IMG/VR virus record: IMGVR_UViG_3300035670_000049
Coordinates: 1 to 64,000 of that record
Reading direction: 5' to 3' (one strand)
Length of the DNA: 64,000 nucleotides
DNA from: a virus
The notes beneath the pieces are model-generated. The model made no database searches, had not been told where the DNA came from, and saw only the letters and a program-made list of their open reading frames with translations. Below are positions 31,667 to 42,164 of the stretch, piece after piece. The position numbers and the translations under genes were made by a program. Within the stretch, counting starts at the first letter, position 1, and every line of letters begins with the position of its first letter.

Positions 31667-33460
31667 CTATCCCTTCTTCCAACTATCTGCTATATAGGCT
31701 TCTACTTTAACAGGGATAGTTTTGAGTAACCCCTGAGCGGCTTCAATCATCGCAGCCACTGTTACTTCTTTAACCGCACTCGCTTCCTCTTTTCGGGACA
31801 ATATTACAATCTCATCGTGTACCTGAATAATGATATCTGCGGAAAATCCATTATTACGAAGCTCTTTATGAATATCAATCATCGCCAGTTTTGTGATATC
31901 TGCATTTGTGCCCTGAATTGGAGAGTTAGCACCTTGCCGTTTAATGCTTGCAATTTGCTGAAGATAAGACTCTTCATCACTTCCTTGCTGTGGGGGCGTA
32001 AAGAATCTCTTGCGGCCATACATTGTCTCACTATAGCCACGACGATATGCTAGTGCCCCAGCATCGTCCAGCCACTCCACGACTTTTCTGTAGGCATTTC
32101 GGTACTTGGAAATAAGGACTTTGGTTTGTCCAGTTGTGTATTTCTTTGTACCAGCCTTTTCAGCCTCCGCATTAAGGATATCCATCAACTTGACAGAACC
32201 CATTCCATAGGCTAATCCAAAGTTAATAGTCTTGGCGATGAACCTTTGCTCCTTTGTCACTGTCTCAATCGGGATGGAGAACATTGTAGCAGCCGTAGAT
32301 TTGTGTAAATCCTGACCGCTTGTAAACGCAGACATGAAATTTGGGTCCTGACTCAACTCCGCGAGAATTCTCAATTCGATCTGGGAGTAATCAGCAGCAA
32401 TCAGAGAGTATCCAGCCTCTCCAACGCATTGTCGAAACTCATCAGGCATTTGCTGCAAATTCGGCTCTTTACAGGAAAATCTACCTGTTTCCGTACCTAA
32501 TTGGCGGAAATCCGCATGAATTCTATTCGTGAACGGATGGACGTGTCCAAGGAAGGTTTCCCCGTATGAGGAAAGAATCTTCTGGAGCCCTCGATAATTT
32601 AATAACTCCTTTGCCGCAGGATGATCAATGAGTCCTATCTCTCGCTCATTTGTGGTTGTAAGATTGATACCTATGTTTGCAAGCGCTTCTTTAACTTGTT
32701 TGGGACTATTTAGGTTAATCCCGTCCCTGACAAACATTCCGATCTGTTCGACATTCTGACCTTCATCAAAGAGAAGGCTATTTAACCTAAGACGGGAATC
32801 CTCATGCTTCATACGGGTTTTATCAATAATGTCATTCCAGCGCCCCCGGTTAAGAGGAACGCCAACTAGTTCCATGTTTACAACAACGTTCACCAATTCA
32901 AACTCTAGGTCTGCAACCTTCTCCAGATTCTTGGCTACCAGTTGTTCTTTCTGAGCATTATATATAGGAAACAGCACAATAACATCGTTAGCAGCATAAT
33001 CCAATTGCTCAGTAGTAAAGGCTGATATTCCACGGGCTTCTCCAAACGAGGTTCTAATTGACTTGTCTAGGGTAACTCCAGCATACTTCTGCGCCAAGGC
33101 TGCAAGAGAAGCACTGGAAAAGGCGTGCGTAGATAGGAGGCTTTCTGCCAAGAGCGTATCAAATACGCCGTTGATATCTGTATTATAATAATGCTTGATA
33201 AACTTGCCCTCAAATTTAGCCTGTTGAATAATCTTCGTCCATTTACGACTGGCTAAATAAGGCATCAGTGGGGTAATACCTACCTTCGATACATCAATAA
33301 CAAAGGTCTTACCCGGAAAGCCTATCTGGCAAAGAACAATCCTTGAATCTACGGGGTTAAGTCCAGTTGTTTCTAAATCGAGAGCAAAGGTGTCGGAGTT
33401 TCCAAAGCAGGAAACCACTTCATCCAGTGATCCTTCGACAAACGTATATTCTTGAACCAT
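31667..33460 (-). CDS. polA: DNA polymerase I-like (3'-5' exonuclease + family A polymerase)
   Basis: ALDLETTG, PNLQQ, ADYSQIELR, KTINFGLAYG, QVHDEI. Confidence 0.96.
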   Translation of the reverse strand: MVQEYTFVEGSLDEVVSCFGNSDTFALDLETTGLNPVDSRIVLCQIGFPGKTFVIDVSKVGITPLMPYLASRKWTKIIQQAKFEGKFIKHYYNTDINGVFDTLLAESLLSTHAFSSASLAALAQKYAGVTLDKSIRTSFGEARGISAFTTEQLDYAANDVIVLFPIYNAQKEQLVAKNLEKVADLEFELVNVVVNMELVGVPLNRGRWNDIIDKTRMKHEDSRLRLNSLLFDEGQNVEQIGMFVRDGINLNSPKQVKEALANIGINLTTTNEREIGLIDHPAAKELLNYRGLQKILSSYGETFLGHVHPFTNRIHADFRQLGTETGRFSCKEPNLQQMPDEFRQCVGEAGYSLIAADYSQIELRILAELSQDPNFMSAFTSGQDLHKSTAATMFSIPIETVTKEQRFIAKTINFGLAYGMGSVKLMDILNAEAEKAGTKKYTTGQTKVLISKYRNAYRKVVEWLDDAGALAYRRGYSETMYGRKRFFTPPQQGSDEESYLQQIASIKRQGANSPIQGTNADITKLAMIDIHKELRNNGFSADIIIQVHDEIVILSRKEEASAVKEVTVAAMIEAAQGLLKTIPVKVEAYIADSWKKG

Positions 33461-34458
33461 TCCTGCTCCTTAATAAGATTCCTAAATTGTGTTTCCCCAT
33501 CATAACGTGCGTCTGCTCCCAACTCGCTGATATCTTTCACTCCCAGCGATGTATAGTCTAGGATGTAACTATTTGGTAGCGTAGCGTGGAGTTTTTTGGC
33601 GCTTTCCTGCCCTACGGCATCATTATCAGGAACAATGATCACCATCTTCTCACGCAGAAGCATGATGTTATATCGAGGCAGATGAGAGCCTGAAAGCACT
33701 ACAGCAGGAAATCCCCACTGTCGTAGCATCAGCCAATCAAACTGTCCTTCGGCTACAAACAGGATCGGAGACTTTGAAACCTCTGTAAAGCCATAGATAG
33801 GTTTGGGCATCCTTGTACCGAGATACTTTAAGCGGTCGTTGATTACGGTCCTTCCCATGATGAAATCAACTCGTTCTGGCCCACAGAAGTTTGGTATGGT
33901 GATTCTATGAGACATGACTTCATAGCCTTGCGCATTAATGAGGCCACATTCCTGTGCGATCCTGAAATCTTCACTGTACTCAATATGAAGGACTCGTCCA
34001 TCTGTGTATCCAATTCGATATAGTCGTATTGTATCGTCACTGAGCCCCCTACTTCGAAGGTAATTGACTGCCCCAGTTGTTGTAAGAAGATTAGCATGGT
34101 AGATTGAGGATACTCGCCCCAAAAATTCCCAAGTACGTACAGTGTTACGGGTCTTAATGATTCGTGACTTCTCTGCTCTTTTATATTCATAGTCTACCCC
34201 AACACACTCTTGCGCCTCCTTGGAGGACCATCCCTTAAAGTCACATAGAAACTTGACAGGATCGCCCCATACCTGACAGCCAAAGCAGTAGTACGAATCA
34301 TTATGCGTATAAACAGTAAAGGATGGGTCACGGTCCCCTTCGTGAAAAGGACAAACCGCAACCCATCGGCCATTACTGCTTGGCTGTATTTCAATTCCCT
34401 GTTCAGTTAATACTTCAATAAGGGTCTTCGACAACGTATGGACTCCCTGACAAAGCAA
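33373..34458 (-). CDS. dnaG: DNA primase (CHC2 zinc finger + TOPRIM); start probably TTG 34434
   Basis: CPFH.GDRDPSF, CFGC, EGQFD, PDNDAVG. Confidence 0.92.
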   Translation of the reverse strand: MLCQGVHTLSKTLIEVLTEQGIEIQPSSNGRWVAVCPFHEGDRDPSFTVYTHNDSYYCFGCQVWGDPVKFLCDFKGWSSKEAQECVGVDYEYKRAEKSRIIKTRNTVRTWEFLGRVSSIYHANLLTTTGAVNYLRSRGLSDDTIRLYRIGYTDGRVLHIEYSEDFRIAQECGLINAQGYEVMSHRITIPNFCGPERVDFIMGRTVINDRLKYLGTRMPKPIYGFTEVSKSPILFVAEGQFDWLMLRQWGFPAVVLSGSHLPRYNIMLLREKMVIIVPDNDAVGQESAKKLHATLPNSYILDYTSLGVKDISELGADARYDGETQFRNLIKEQEWFKNIRLSKDHWMKWFPALETPTPLLSI

Positions 34459-34693
34459 TGAAAACTCTGGGACTTAACTCTCGCCAAAAAGAATCCTCAT
34501 CCTGCGTATATGCGGGATATTCCTTTGAGGGCATTACATGCTTAACTTTTCCCCCACGAATGCACTCCCAATAGCGTTCAGCATAAAACCCGTACCAACC
34601 TTTCTCATTCTGAGCCATTTCTGGATCAAAATGCTTAATTGCTAACTTCCAATTATGAACGTGATACATGGGCCTTCCGGGTCTTACCACCAT
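34415..34693 (-). CDS. Hypothetical protein
   Basis: GGAG SD; between nrdJ and primase. Confidence 0.65.
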   Translation of the reverse strand: MVVRPGRPMYHVHNWKLAIKHFDPEMAQNEKGWYGFYAERYWECIRGGKVKHVMPSKEYPAYTQDEDSFWRELSPRVFIALSGSPYVVEDPY

Positions 34694-34699
34694 GTCTCC

Positions 34700-36574
34700 T
34701 TATATAACTTGTATTGATGGAATTGGGCCTTCGTCCCTCATCCACTTCACTCCTGCTTCATAGTCTATCTTGGGCTTGTATTCCTCTGGAATTTCACAAA
34801 CTCCATCAACACAGTCCATCATATTCTGCTCAGTAATTGAGGCCAATGCCTGATGAATGTCACGATTATGTACCAGTTGCTTGGCTTCTGCTAGAGGGAT
34901 TGCCTCTAGGGGCTCTTCTCCCCGTGAGCCAGCCCGGTAGAACGTCGTTCCCTTGACGTATGGTAGATATTCTAGCCATAGGTCTGATAGAGATTCAACC
35001 GAGTAGGATTGCGCGAGATTTATGGTTTTACTTGTCGCATTATCAATATGTAGTTGACATACCCTTTGCATCTCAAAGTGAGCCTCGGGACTTACATCGT
35101 ATGCTCCTTCAAGCACATCAACGTTCCCATCTTTTTCGACTAGTTCGTTCCAATGCGGATTGATAACTAATTCCTTGTCAAGTTGTCTTGAGCCATCAAG
35201 TGTAGGACGATAGAATCTTCGCCAATACGCGGGAGCAAAGATGGGCTCAATACCTGTAGAGACATTAGCAACCATGCCTGTTGTTCCTGTTGGGGCAATT
35301 GTCAGAATTGCACAGTTTCGAATACCCTTCTCTTGAATCTGGCGCTGTAGTTCTTCCGGTATCGCTCTTTGAACAAACCCGGACATTAGAAACTCTTCTT
35401 GAAAAGCAGGGAATGGTCCCTTCTCTTCAGCCAGATCAATAGATGCCTGATATGCCTCAAGTTTTATAAAATGCATCAACTGATCAACGAAGTTTCTCGC
35501 AGACTCTGAAGAATACTTATATCCCAACTTAATGAGCATGTCATGTAGACCCATGACTCCCAGACCAATACGCCGCACAGTATTGCAGTTATCTCGTATC
35601 TCTGGAAGAGGGTACTCATTTACGGATAGAACATTATCCAAGAACCTAACCGCCGTCCTGATCGTGCTAGCAAGTTGAGCCCATTCAACATGCCCCAAGT
35701 CATTGACAAACCTAGGAAGAACCAGAGCCCCAAGATCGCAGCACCCATATTCTTCCAGCCATATCTCTCCGCATGGGTTAGTCGATACCAGCGGCTTGTG
35801 ATACCATATGTTAGATTCTCGATTAGCCAGATCACCATTTAAAACTCCCGGTTCTCCGCTAGACCAAGCATTACTAACAATTGTTTCCCATAATTCCTTC
35901 GCATTCTGCTTACCGTGTTGCGTTCCTGAGTAAGTCAGATCAAACTCTTCTCCATTTCTCACCTTGTTTATGAAGGAATCTGTATTTAGCCTTTTATCAA
36001 TAATAACAGAAACATTTGCGTTATTAAGTTTGGACTTGTTAAGCTTTGCATTGATAAATTCCGGCATGTCCGGGTGTGTGATATTTAGATCAAGCATCAG
36101 TGCCAATCTTCTGCCACCACCCGACACAAGAACGTCACCAACAGCATTGATCATATCCATTAATGAAACAGCGCCTGTAGCCACACCCCCAGTGCCATTA
36201 ATACGACTTCCGCGAGGGCGAATAGGACTACAATTGACACCAACACCCCCGCCCATTCCAGAAATAACAATAACGTCGTGAATGGTCTTCCCCCACCCCT
36301 CTCGACTATCATGCGTAGGGACAACAAAACAATTAAGTAACTGAGCCCTAGGGCGACCACTTCCATACCAAATCCTTCCACCGGGCATGAACCTGTTTGT
36401 TACAATTTCTTCATAAAACTCGGCTGCTGTCGGTTCTCTCTTTCCATTCATTTCTGCTGATGCCACATGCTGCGCCAATCTCATGCTGGCATCACCCCAA
36501 TCCTCACTTGGATGAATTGTGTACCTTTCCTTAAATATTGTCTCCGCTAATCCTAACGGTTGATAAATGCTCAA
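34700..36574 (-). CDS. nrdJ: Class II (B12-dependent) ribonucleotide reductase
   Basis: NCF, TNPCGE, CDLG, TIAPTGT, C-terminal CVDGVC; no adjacent R2 subunit. Confidence 0.92.
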   Translation of the reverse strand: MSIYQPLGLAETIFKERYTIHPSEDWGDASMRLAQHVASAEMNGKREPTAAEFYEEIVTNRFMPGGRIWYGSGRPRAQLLNCFVVPTHDSREGWGKTIHDVIVISGMGGGVGVNCSPIRPRGSRINGTGGVATGAVSLMDMINAVGDVLVSGGGRRLALMLDLNITHPDMPEFINAKLNKSKLNNANVSVIIDKRLNTDSFINKVRNGEEFDLTYSGTQHGKQNAKELWETIVSNAWSSGEPGVLNGDLANRESNIWYHKPLVSTNPCGEIWLEEYGCCDLGALVLPRFVNDLGHVEWAQLASTIRTAVRFLDNVLSVNEYPLPEIRDNCNTVRRIGLGVMGLHDMLIKLGYKYSSESARNFVDQLMHFIKLEAYQASIDLAEEKGPFPAFQEEFLMSGFVQRAIPEELQRQIQEKGIRNCAILTIAPTGTTGMVANVSTGIEPIFAPAYWRRFYRPTLDGSRQLDKELVINPHWNELVEKDGNVDVLEGAYDVSPEAHFEMQRVCQLHIDNATSKTINLAQSYSVESLSDLWLEYLPYVKGTTFYRAGSRGEEPLEAIPLAEAKQLVHNRDIHQALASITEQNMMDCVDGVCEIPEEYKPKIDYEAGVKWMRDEGPIPSIQVI

Positions 36575-37029
36575 TTTGTATCGCTCCTTTTATCTCCTTC
36601 TCCAACTTTTCCAATATATCCCCAAAATCTTGAACATTTGTACACATCACCGGATTCTTGGTAACTGCAAATGTATGGAAGATATACTTTGTGCTTTCTA
36701 GCAATAGGGGCTCTCACTTCCTTCCAACAGGGCTTCTGAAACTTACAAGGCATGAACGTCTTTGATGCGCCCTTCCTTGGCTCTACATGCTCATCCCCCA
36801 AATTAACAATTCGGTATCCGTGACTCGCAGAAATAACTTCAAGGTTTGAGGGACGATTATCATTAGTATCGCCGTTCTTATGCCGTACAGACTCGTCAGG
36901 ATAGAGAAATCTGCCTAATTCTTCTTCTGCTATAAGTATCTGTTCAGGTACATATCCTTCGCCCACAACTGCGGGATGACCGGGTTTATATACAAGAACA
37001 TAGTAATCATAAATTCTGGGTTTCTTCAC
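36571..37029 (-). CDS. HNH endonuclease (HNH_3-like), freestanding next to nrdJ
   Basis: VRHKNGDTNDNRPSNLEV. Confidence 0.85.
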   Translation of the reverse strand: MKKPRIYDYYVLVYKPGHPAVVGEGYVPEQILIAEEELGRFLYPDESVRHKNGDTNDNRPSNLEVISASHGYRIVNLGDEHVEPRKGASKTFMPCKFQKPCWKEVRAPIARKHKVYLPYICSYQESGDVYKCSRFWGYIGKVGEGDKRSDTN

Positions 37030-37106
37030 AGGGGATACCTTCTAAACGCTGAATTACTTTAAATATGGGCTTCATAAATTTCTCCTTTAGGACAAGAATT
37101 TTCGAC

Positions 37107-37136
37107 TTGACTCTGGTATAGGTAAGTTGTTACACT
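37107..37136 (+). promoter_or_regulatory. Promoter of plus-strand block
   Basis: TTGACT-N18-TACACT with TG. Confidence 0.55.
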
Positions 37137-37228
37137 AGGGGTTGCCGGGACAGCGGTGGGAGGATATATACTAAGAGTAGTAATAGAGCATAGTACTGAT
37201 CTAAACTATGCTCTGAGGAGTTACGAGT

Positions 37229-37420
37229 ATGCTAGACTATGGATATAGAAGTAGATGCTGCTTTGCACCTATTAGACTAGGTAGAAAGAAAATAAAGAAA
37301 CTAAATAAAACTGTCATGATTTGGGTTTGCACAAAGTGCCTCTCTAGGGATGTGGACATTATACCAAAGGACGGCTCGGAGGTTCAAGTTGACAAGTTGC
37401 CGTTTTCAGAGAGAAGTTGA
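37229..37420 (+). CDS. Small zinc-ribbon-like protein
   Basis: SRCC...CTKC; GAGGAG SD. Confidence 0.7.
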   Translation: MLDYGYRSRCCFAPIRLGRKKIKKLNKTVMIWVCTKCLSRDVDIIPKDGSEVQVDKLPFSERS

Positions 37421-37446
37421 CCCTGACTGACAAAATATGCTATACT
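37417..37446 (+). promoter_or_regulatory. Promoter upstream of transglycosylase
   Basis: TTGACC-N18-TATACT with TG. Confidence 0.6.
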
Positions 37447-37477
37447 GAAGAAGCGCCCAAGGGGTGCAAATGGGGGA

Positions 37478-37981
37478 ATGAATTTGAGATTATTTATTAT
37501 TGGCTGCTTAATAGCAGGAGTATTTTTCTTAGCAACACCAACCGAGGCTAAAGCTCCTTCCAAGAACTGGGAGCCATTACCAGAAAGATTATTTACTTCG
37601 TTCACAGAGGATTCTTTTAAGGAAGTCATCAGAGATGTACCTGAGCCCTCCGTAGAGCCACGTAGCGCCCCGAAACCTACGAAAGCGCCTCCAACTACCA
37701 GTCCCAAAAAATATGCTTTTAATCGGATCGGCTATCGGCAGTTTGCTTGCTTAGACAAACTATGGACAAGAGAGAGTAACTGGAACCATAGAGCGAGAAA
37801 TAGACATTCCGGCGCGTATGGAATCCCACAGGCATTACCCGGAAGCAAGATGGCTTCTGCCGGGGCAGATTGGAGAACTAACCCGATTACTCAAGTTAGA
37901 TGGGGTCTAAGATATATTGATGGAAGATATGGAACAGCGTGCAACGCTTGGAGATTCTGGCAATCTCACCACTGGTACTAA
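37478..37981 (+). CDS. Secreted lytic transglycosylase (SLT-like)
   Basis: Signal peptide, Pro-rich linker, RESNW...GAYGIPQALPG...QVRWGLRYIDGRYG. Confidence 0.9.
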   Translation: MNLRLFIIGCLIAGVFFLATPTEAKAPSKNWEPLPERLFTSFTEDSFKEVIRDVPEPSVEPRSAPKPTKAPPTTSPKKYAFNRIGYRQFACLDKLWTRESNWNHRARNRHSGAYGIPQALPGSKMASAGADWRTNPITQVRWGLRYIDGRYGTACNAWRFWQSHHWY

Positions 37982-37991
37982 TTACATAAGT

Positions 37992-38135
37992 ATGCATTGT
38001 GCAAACGATTGTCCCTATCCAGACGCTAAGTTTGATCTGGAGACAGGGTTGTATCCTTGTGGATATCGACATTGGTGCCCTTGGTGCGGGGATTGTGAAT
38101 ACTGTTATGATGAGGGTCCGCATGACTGGGACTAA
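37992..38135 (+). CDS. Small Cys-rich hypothetical protein
   Basis: Non-overlapping start chosen within track ORF. Confidence 0.45.
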   Translation: MHCANDCPYPDAKFDLETGLYPCGYRHWCPWCGDCEYCYDEGPHDWD

Positions 38136-38254
38136 AAAGTGGGGCCTTCATATCGATCACCCTTGGTCAGAGTGTGTTAGAGAATATGGAGCCCCAACAA
38201 GAATCTATATAAGAACACCGAAGGTGTTTATTACCATCGCATTAGGGAGAGGGA

Positions 38255-38644
38255 ATGGAACACAGGCTTACGACTGGAAGGCTAAGATATATACCGATAG
38301 ATATTCGTGGATCACTTTTATTCCTACTTAATGCTGTAATTCTGGTTTTATTCGTTGTATTTATATCATGGGCAGTTTATCAAACTCTAACGGCCCCGAG
38401 AGAGGGAACCGTAGAAGCAACATGGATAGAGCCCGCACATTTTGAACAATACCAGTCAGGCTCCATCTGTATAAGTTATAATGCTAGTGGAGGCTGTGAT
38501 TATTCCATGCCCATCTACTCTCAGAGATGGGTAGACACTCGATGCTGGATGAGAATCAACGATACCGAAAAGACAAAGAGAAAGTGGACATGGCAGATTA
38601 ACTGCAACAATATTCCTGAAGTTGGAAAGTGGGTAGGTGTGTGA
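38255..38644 (+). CDS. Membrane-anchored hypothetical protein
   Basis: One TM segment; GGAG/GAGG SD. Confidence 0.65.
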   Translation: MEHRLTTGRLRYIPIDIRGSLLFLLNAVILVLFVVFISWAVYQTLTAPREGTVEATWIEPAHFEQYQSGSICISYNASGGCDYSMPIYSQRWVDTRCWMRINDTEKTKRKWTWQINCNNIPEVGKWVGV

Positions 38645-39669
38645 GAGAGTATTTTACATTTGATGATGTGCTGATACGGCCAGCATATAGCGAAGTTGAC
38701 TCAAGAGAGGAAATATCGACGGAACAAGAGTTTCTCGGTATCCCCATGAGCATTCCTGTTATTTCTGCCAATATGGATTACATAACAGGGGATGCAATGG
38801 CCTCTGCTATGCACCATGAGGGTGGATTAGGCATATTACACCGCTTCGCTCCTTGGGCCGACCAAAAGGCTAATATCGAAAAAATTTATACGAATACAGG
38901 CATTGTTGCATTCTCTGTTGGCACCCGGTTCCCAACCCAGTCCATTGATCGGATCAAAGAAGTCAGCGATATGCTGAACGGACGATACCCACAAGCACGG
39001 ATCGTCTGTGTTGATGTTGCGCATGGGCACCATAAGAAAGTGATGGACCTCATTGGACAAATCAAATCCCAATTTCCAGAATTTAGAGTTATTGCAGGAA
39101 ATGTTGCTACAGCGGAAGGAACTTCTGATCTTGTTGCAGCAGGAGCAGACGCAATTAAAATTGGCATTGGCCCCGGAAGTGTATGCACAACAAGGATTGT
39201 TACGGGCGTCGGCGTTCCTCAACTTTCTGCAATTATCGAATGCTCTAATTTCGCTAGACCAAGAAATATTCCAATTATTGCTGATGGTGGTATTCGAAGT
39301 GCAGGAGACATTGTAAAGGCATTAGCCGCTGGTGCAGATGTAGTCATGTTAGGGAGTCTTCTTGCGGGCACTGAAGAAGCCCCCGGAGAAGTTATTGATA
39401 CAGGGAGAGGTAGACGTGTTAAACGATATCAGGGTCAGTCTATCTTCGGGACAAATGACGCTTTATTTACCCGCGAAGGTATATCAGGCTTTGTCGATGC
39501 GAAAGGCCCTGTTACGAGTGTCCTTAAGCAACTCATGGGAGGGTTACGAAGTGGTATGTCATATGTCGGGGCCTTCACACTCGCAGAGTTACGTCAGAAC
39601 ACTGAATTTATTAGAGTCAGTCATTCTACCACAGTAGAGAATCATCCGAGGGTAAGTGAGTATATATGA
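38629..39669 (+). CDS. guaB: IMP dehydrogenase / GMP reductase family, no CBS domains
   Basis: [37 protein letters not shown]; guaB vs guaC unresolved. Confidence 0.85.
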   Translation: MGRCVREYFTFDDVLIRPAYSEVDSREEISTEQEFLGIPMSIPVISANMDYITGDAMASAMHHEGGLGILHRFAPWADQKANIEKIYTNTGIVAFSVGTRFPTQSIDRIKEVSDMLNGRYPQARIVCVDVAHGHHKKVMDLIGQIKSQFPEFRVIAGNVATAEGTSDLVAAGADAIKIGIGPGSVCTTRIVTGVGVPQLSAIIECSNFARPRNIPIIADGGIRSAGDIVKALAAGADVVMLGSLLAGTEEAPGEVIDTGRGRRVKRYQGQSIFGTNDALFTREGISGFVDAKGPVTSVLKQLMGGLRSGMSYVGAFTLAELRQNTEFIRVSHSTTVENHPRVSEYI

Positions 39670-39902
39670 CAGAATTAGATTTACGGGAATTACTAGCCGC
39701 CCTAGAACATGAACAGTGGATGGCATGGGCAAACCATATCATGGATACTGAACCAATCAGCGAAGAACGGAAAAACCGTTGGCAGCATTTCATGGTCCCA
39801 TATGCCGATCTTGATGAGATAACAAAAGAATTTGACCGCGTATGGGCAGATCGAGTGCTACATATTCTTTCAAAATGGACAGACGAGGTAATTAATAAAT
39901 GA
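39666..39902 (+). CDS. Hypothetical phage protein
   Basis: Coupled ORF, LAALEHEQW motif. Confidence 0.75.
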   Translation: MTELDLRELLAALEHEQWMAWANHIMDTEPISEERKNRWQHFMVPYADLDEITKEFDRVWADRVLHILSKWTDEVINK

Positions 39903-40135
39903 CAGAGTTGCCCCCGGAGATGCTAGAAGCGCTCCAGACAAAAGAACAGGCACAAATGAAGCACAGTTGGATGTACTCATTCATGCCTGTTAGAAATGAA
40001 ATTTTTTTAGTTGGTTATTGCAAAGTTTGCGATACGGTAGTCTCTTCGATTGTACCGTATGATATAAAAAGAAAAGGTCTTACGATGCGGGCGTATATTC
40101 CTAAGTGGGGCTGTGTTCCTCTCGGGGAGTTATGA
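39899..40135 (+). CDS. Hypothetical protein
   Basis: GAGG SD, ATGA overlap. Confidence 0.7.
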   Translation: MTELPPEMLEALQTKEQAQMKHSWMYSFMPVRNEIFLVGYCKVCDTVVSSIVPYDIKRKGLTMRAYIPKWGCVPLGEL

Positions 40136-40348
40136 TTCTTCTAGGTTGATCATCAACGTATCGAGATACGATGGGTGGACATACTGGGCATTCCACCCAT
40201 CAACGCGAGGATCATCAGAAAGTGGAATACTATCAGATAATTCTCGTGGTCGATACGAATGAAATACCTCTTTGGAGTCTCGACATTCAGAAGAGCAAGA
40301 CCGTGTATGTCCGTTGTGACAAGCACCGTTGCAAGGACATTTCATCAT
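40130..40348 (-). CDS. Cys-rich hypothetical protein
   Basis: Coupled ORF chain. Confidence 0.55.
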   Translation of the reverse strand: MMKCPCNGACHNGHTRSCSSECRDSKEVFHSYRPRELSDSIPLSDDPRVDGWNAQYVHPSYLDTLMINLEES

Positions 40349-40617
40349 GAGTCTCCATAAAGGATATTTCGAATGGCGCTCACCAACGATTCCCCCTCTT
40401 CAGTCAAGTCAGCAATGTAGTCGAGATACTTATCTAATTCCAATGCCGCCTTTGCTAGTGCAGCATGGTTGTAATCGTGTTCAAAACGATGCCCTACACT
40501 GACACAAGTGGGACAAGCCGGATAGAAGCGTAGGCTGCATGACGCGCAAGCCCACATCGATGGTAGGTTGTCTCCGACAAATCGGAGGATAGAGGGATGC
40601 CGACAATCATCTCTCAT
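40345..40617 (-). CDS. Hypothetical protein with CxxC pairs
   Basis: ATGA overlap coupling. Confidence 0.65.
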   Translation of the reverse strand: MRDDCRHPSILRFVGDNLPSMWACASCSLRFYPACPTCVSVGHRFEHDYNHAALAKAALELDKYLDYIADLTEEGESLVSAIRNILYGDS

Positions 40618-41225
40618 CTTGGCTCCTGTGAATAATCGGTACGACGATTACCCTCTTCGTCAATATATGTTGGTCGGCGTTTTCTGCGCGGAGGTTTACC
40701 AGCCTCATAAGCGGCTAGTAATACCTTGCGGGCTTCTTCAACGTGATAACCAGATGGACTGATCTTGTCGAGAAAGAAAAGTGCAGCGCGAGCAATCTCT
40801 CTCGCATTAATACGAGCCATGTCTTCGGCTTCTTGCTGAGTGAGCATTGAATCTACGCGGGCACGTTCAGCATCTACCCCACGCTGATAGGCATCCGCTT
40901 CGATAGCCGCCCGCAACTCTTCACCGGGAACCTTGATCGTGACTCGATCATTACCATCGGGTAGAGCGCTAACCATCATCCCCACGCCCGCCAGCCTGAA
41001 TGCCTCCATGTATTTGTCATGTCGGCGTGAGGCCATTTTGTACATGCGCCTCCACTTTTTGGCGGATTGTTTCCACGCCGCACTTAGTGGATTACGGCTA
41101 ATCGGTTCAAGGGTAGAGAATTCCCATTCTCTGTCTTTTCCACAAATCGGGCATCTCCCGATACGAACGATAGCCAATTCCTCACGGAAATCTACGGCAT
41201 CCTCGCAGAAATGGGTATTACTCAT
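40614..41225 (-). CDS. Hypothetical protein
   Basis: Long ORF, coupled. Confidence 0.7.
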   Translation of the reverse strand: MSNTHFCEDAVDFREELAIVRIGRCPICGKDREWEFSTLEPISRNPLSAAWKQSAKKWRRMYKMASRRHDKYMEAFRLAGVGMMVSALPDGNDRVTIKVPGEELRAAIEADAYQRGVDAERARVDSMLTQQEAEDMARINAREIARAALFFLDKISPSGYHVEEARKVLLAAYEAGKPPRRKRRPTYIDEEGNRRTDYSQEPR

Positions 41226-41385
41226 TTACATACCACTCTGGCTCAGGATGCCGATCTGCCCAATGAGAGTTCATGGAACAATAAATAATTTTTCTTTTTC
41301 CACAAACACATTCACAGGGAATGTCTAAAAAATACTTAGGAGGGGGAGGATGAGGGGGAATATAAAACTTATGAAATTCCGTCAT
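41218..41385 (-). CDS. Small Pro/Cys-rich hypothetical protein
   Basis: Shortened from track ORF. Confidence 0.45.
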   Translation of the reverse strand: MTEFHKFYIPPHPPPPKYFLDIPCECVCGKRKIIYCSMNSHWADRHPEPEWYVNE

Positions 41386-41419
41386 ACACTTGAGTTTTTG
41401 TATAAGAGAAGATATCGGA

Positions 41420-41560
41420 TTAGCCATGAGAGTGGATATTCCGATGGCGAGTGCAGAATACCTTTCGGCACAGCACACACGATGCTAGGTGTTTATTGAA
41501 GTTGCAAAAATGTGCAACCGTTCGACTGACGGTTTGCACCGAACATTTAACGGTAGGCAT
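41420..41560 (-). CDS. 46-aa Cys/His zinc-finger-like protein, not in track
   Basis: MPTVKC...CVLCRKVFCTRHRNIH. Confidence 0.5.
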   Translation of the reverse strand: MPTVKCSVQTVSRTVAHFCNFNKHLASCVLCRKVFCTRHRNIHSHG

Positions 41561-41765
41561 GACGAGGCTCCGGTGGTGTCAGCCAGCCCAATTCAAGGAA
41601 GGCTTGCATTCGATTGGTGACACTCATCTTCTTATATGCACTATGAATATGATTCTTCACGGTCTGCGGGCTGATCCGAAGATGCTCAGCAATATCATTG
41701 CCCGTATTCCCATTTGCCAGCAGAACGAGAATCTGATACTCTCGTTGCGAGAGATGAAAATTCAC
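41547..41765 (-). CDS. LuxR-type HTH protein (stand-alone DNA-binding domain)
   Basis: LSQREYQILVLLANG.TG.DIA.HL.IS.QTVKNH; GTG start overlaps upstream stop. Confidence 0.85.
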   Translation of the reverse strand: MNFHLSQREYQILVLLANGNTGNDIAEHLRISPQTVKNHIHSAYKKMSVTNRMQAFLELGWLTPPEPRHAYR

Positions 41766-41947
41766 TACCGACAAGCGAGTTTCCTCCGAAGTTTGTTCGC
41801 AGCATTGATTTCTTTCCAGCACTCTCGACAATAGGATTGCCACCCAGAAGTCTTGTGCGGCCCTCTGGGTCGAGCGACATAGAAATACTCCTCTGTCTGC
41901 GGCTTTTCTAGCGCACAGCGAGAACAAAGCCTGAGAATTTCAGACAT
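41765..41947 (-). CDS. Small CxxC...CxxC protein
   Basis: CSRC, CREC; GAGGGG SD. Confidence 0.7.
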   Translation of the reverse strand: MSEILRLCSRCALEKPQTEEYFYVARPRGPHKTSGWQSYCRECWKEINAANKLRRKLACR

Positions 41948-42084
41948 AAAATCCCCTCTAAACCACGCTTCTCTAATTGGGCCTATTAGATCAAGCGATA
42001 CGTAAATCCTTCCAAATAGAGTGAAACTGAGAAAAACGCCTTTAAATTAGAATACGCCCAAGACTGCTTGGGACGCTTCGGCCA

Positions 42085-42113
42085 AGTGTACCCGATAGGG
42101 GGCTGCTTGTCAA
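42085..42113 (-). promoter_or_regulatory. Sigma70-type promoter (leftward)
   Basis: TTGACA-N17-TACACT. Confidence 0.75.
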
Positions 42114-42164
42114 GCCCAATTTTGACCTATTTTTGTGGATAACTTCGTTTTTATGAGAGCTAAA

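Noticed and set aside
37012-37076. 22-codon SD-led minigene overlapping the HNH start out of frame (possible frameshift control)
   Set aside because: No slippery sequence or stimulatory structure evident; could be simple translational coupling
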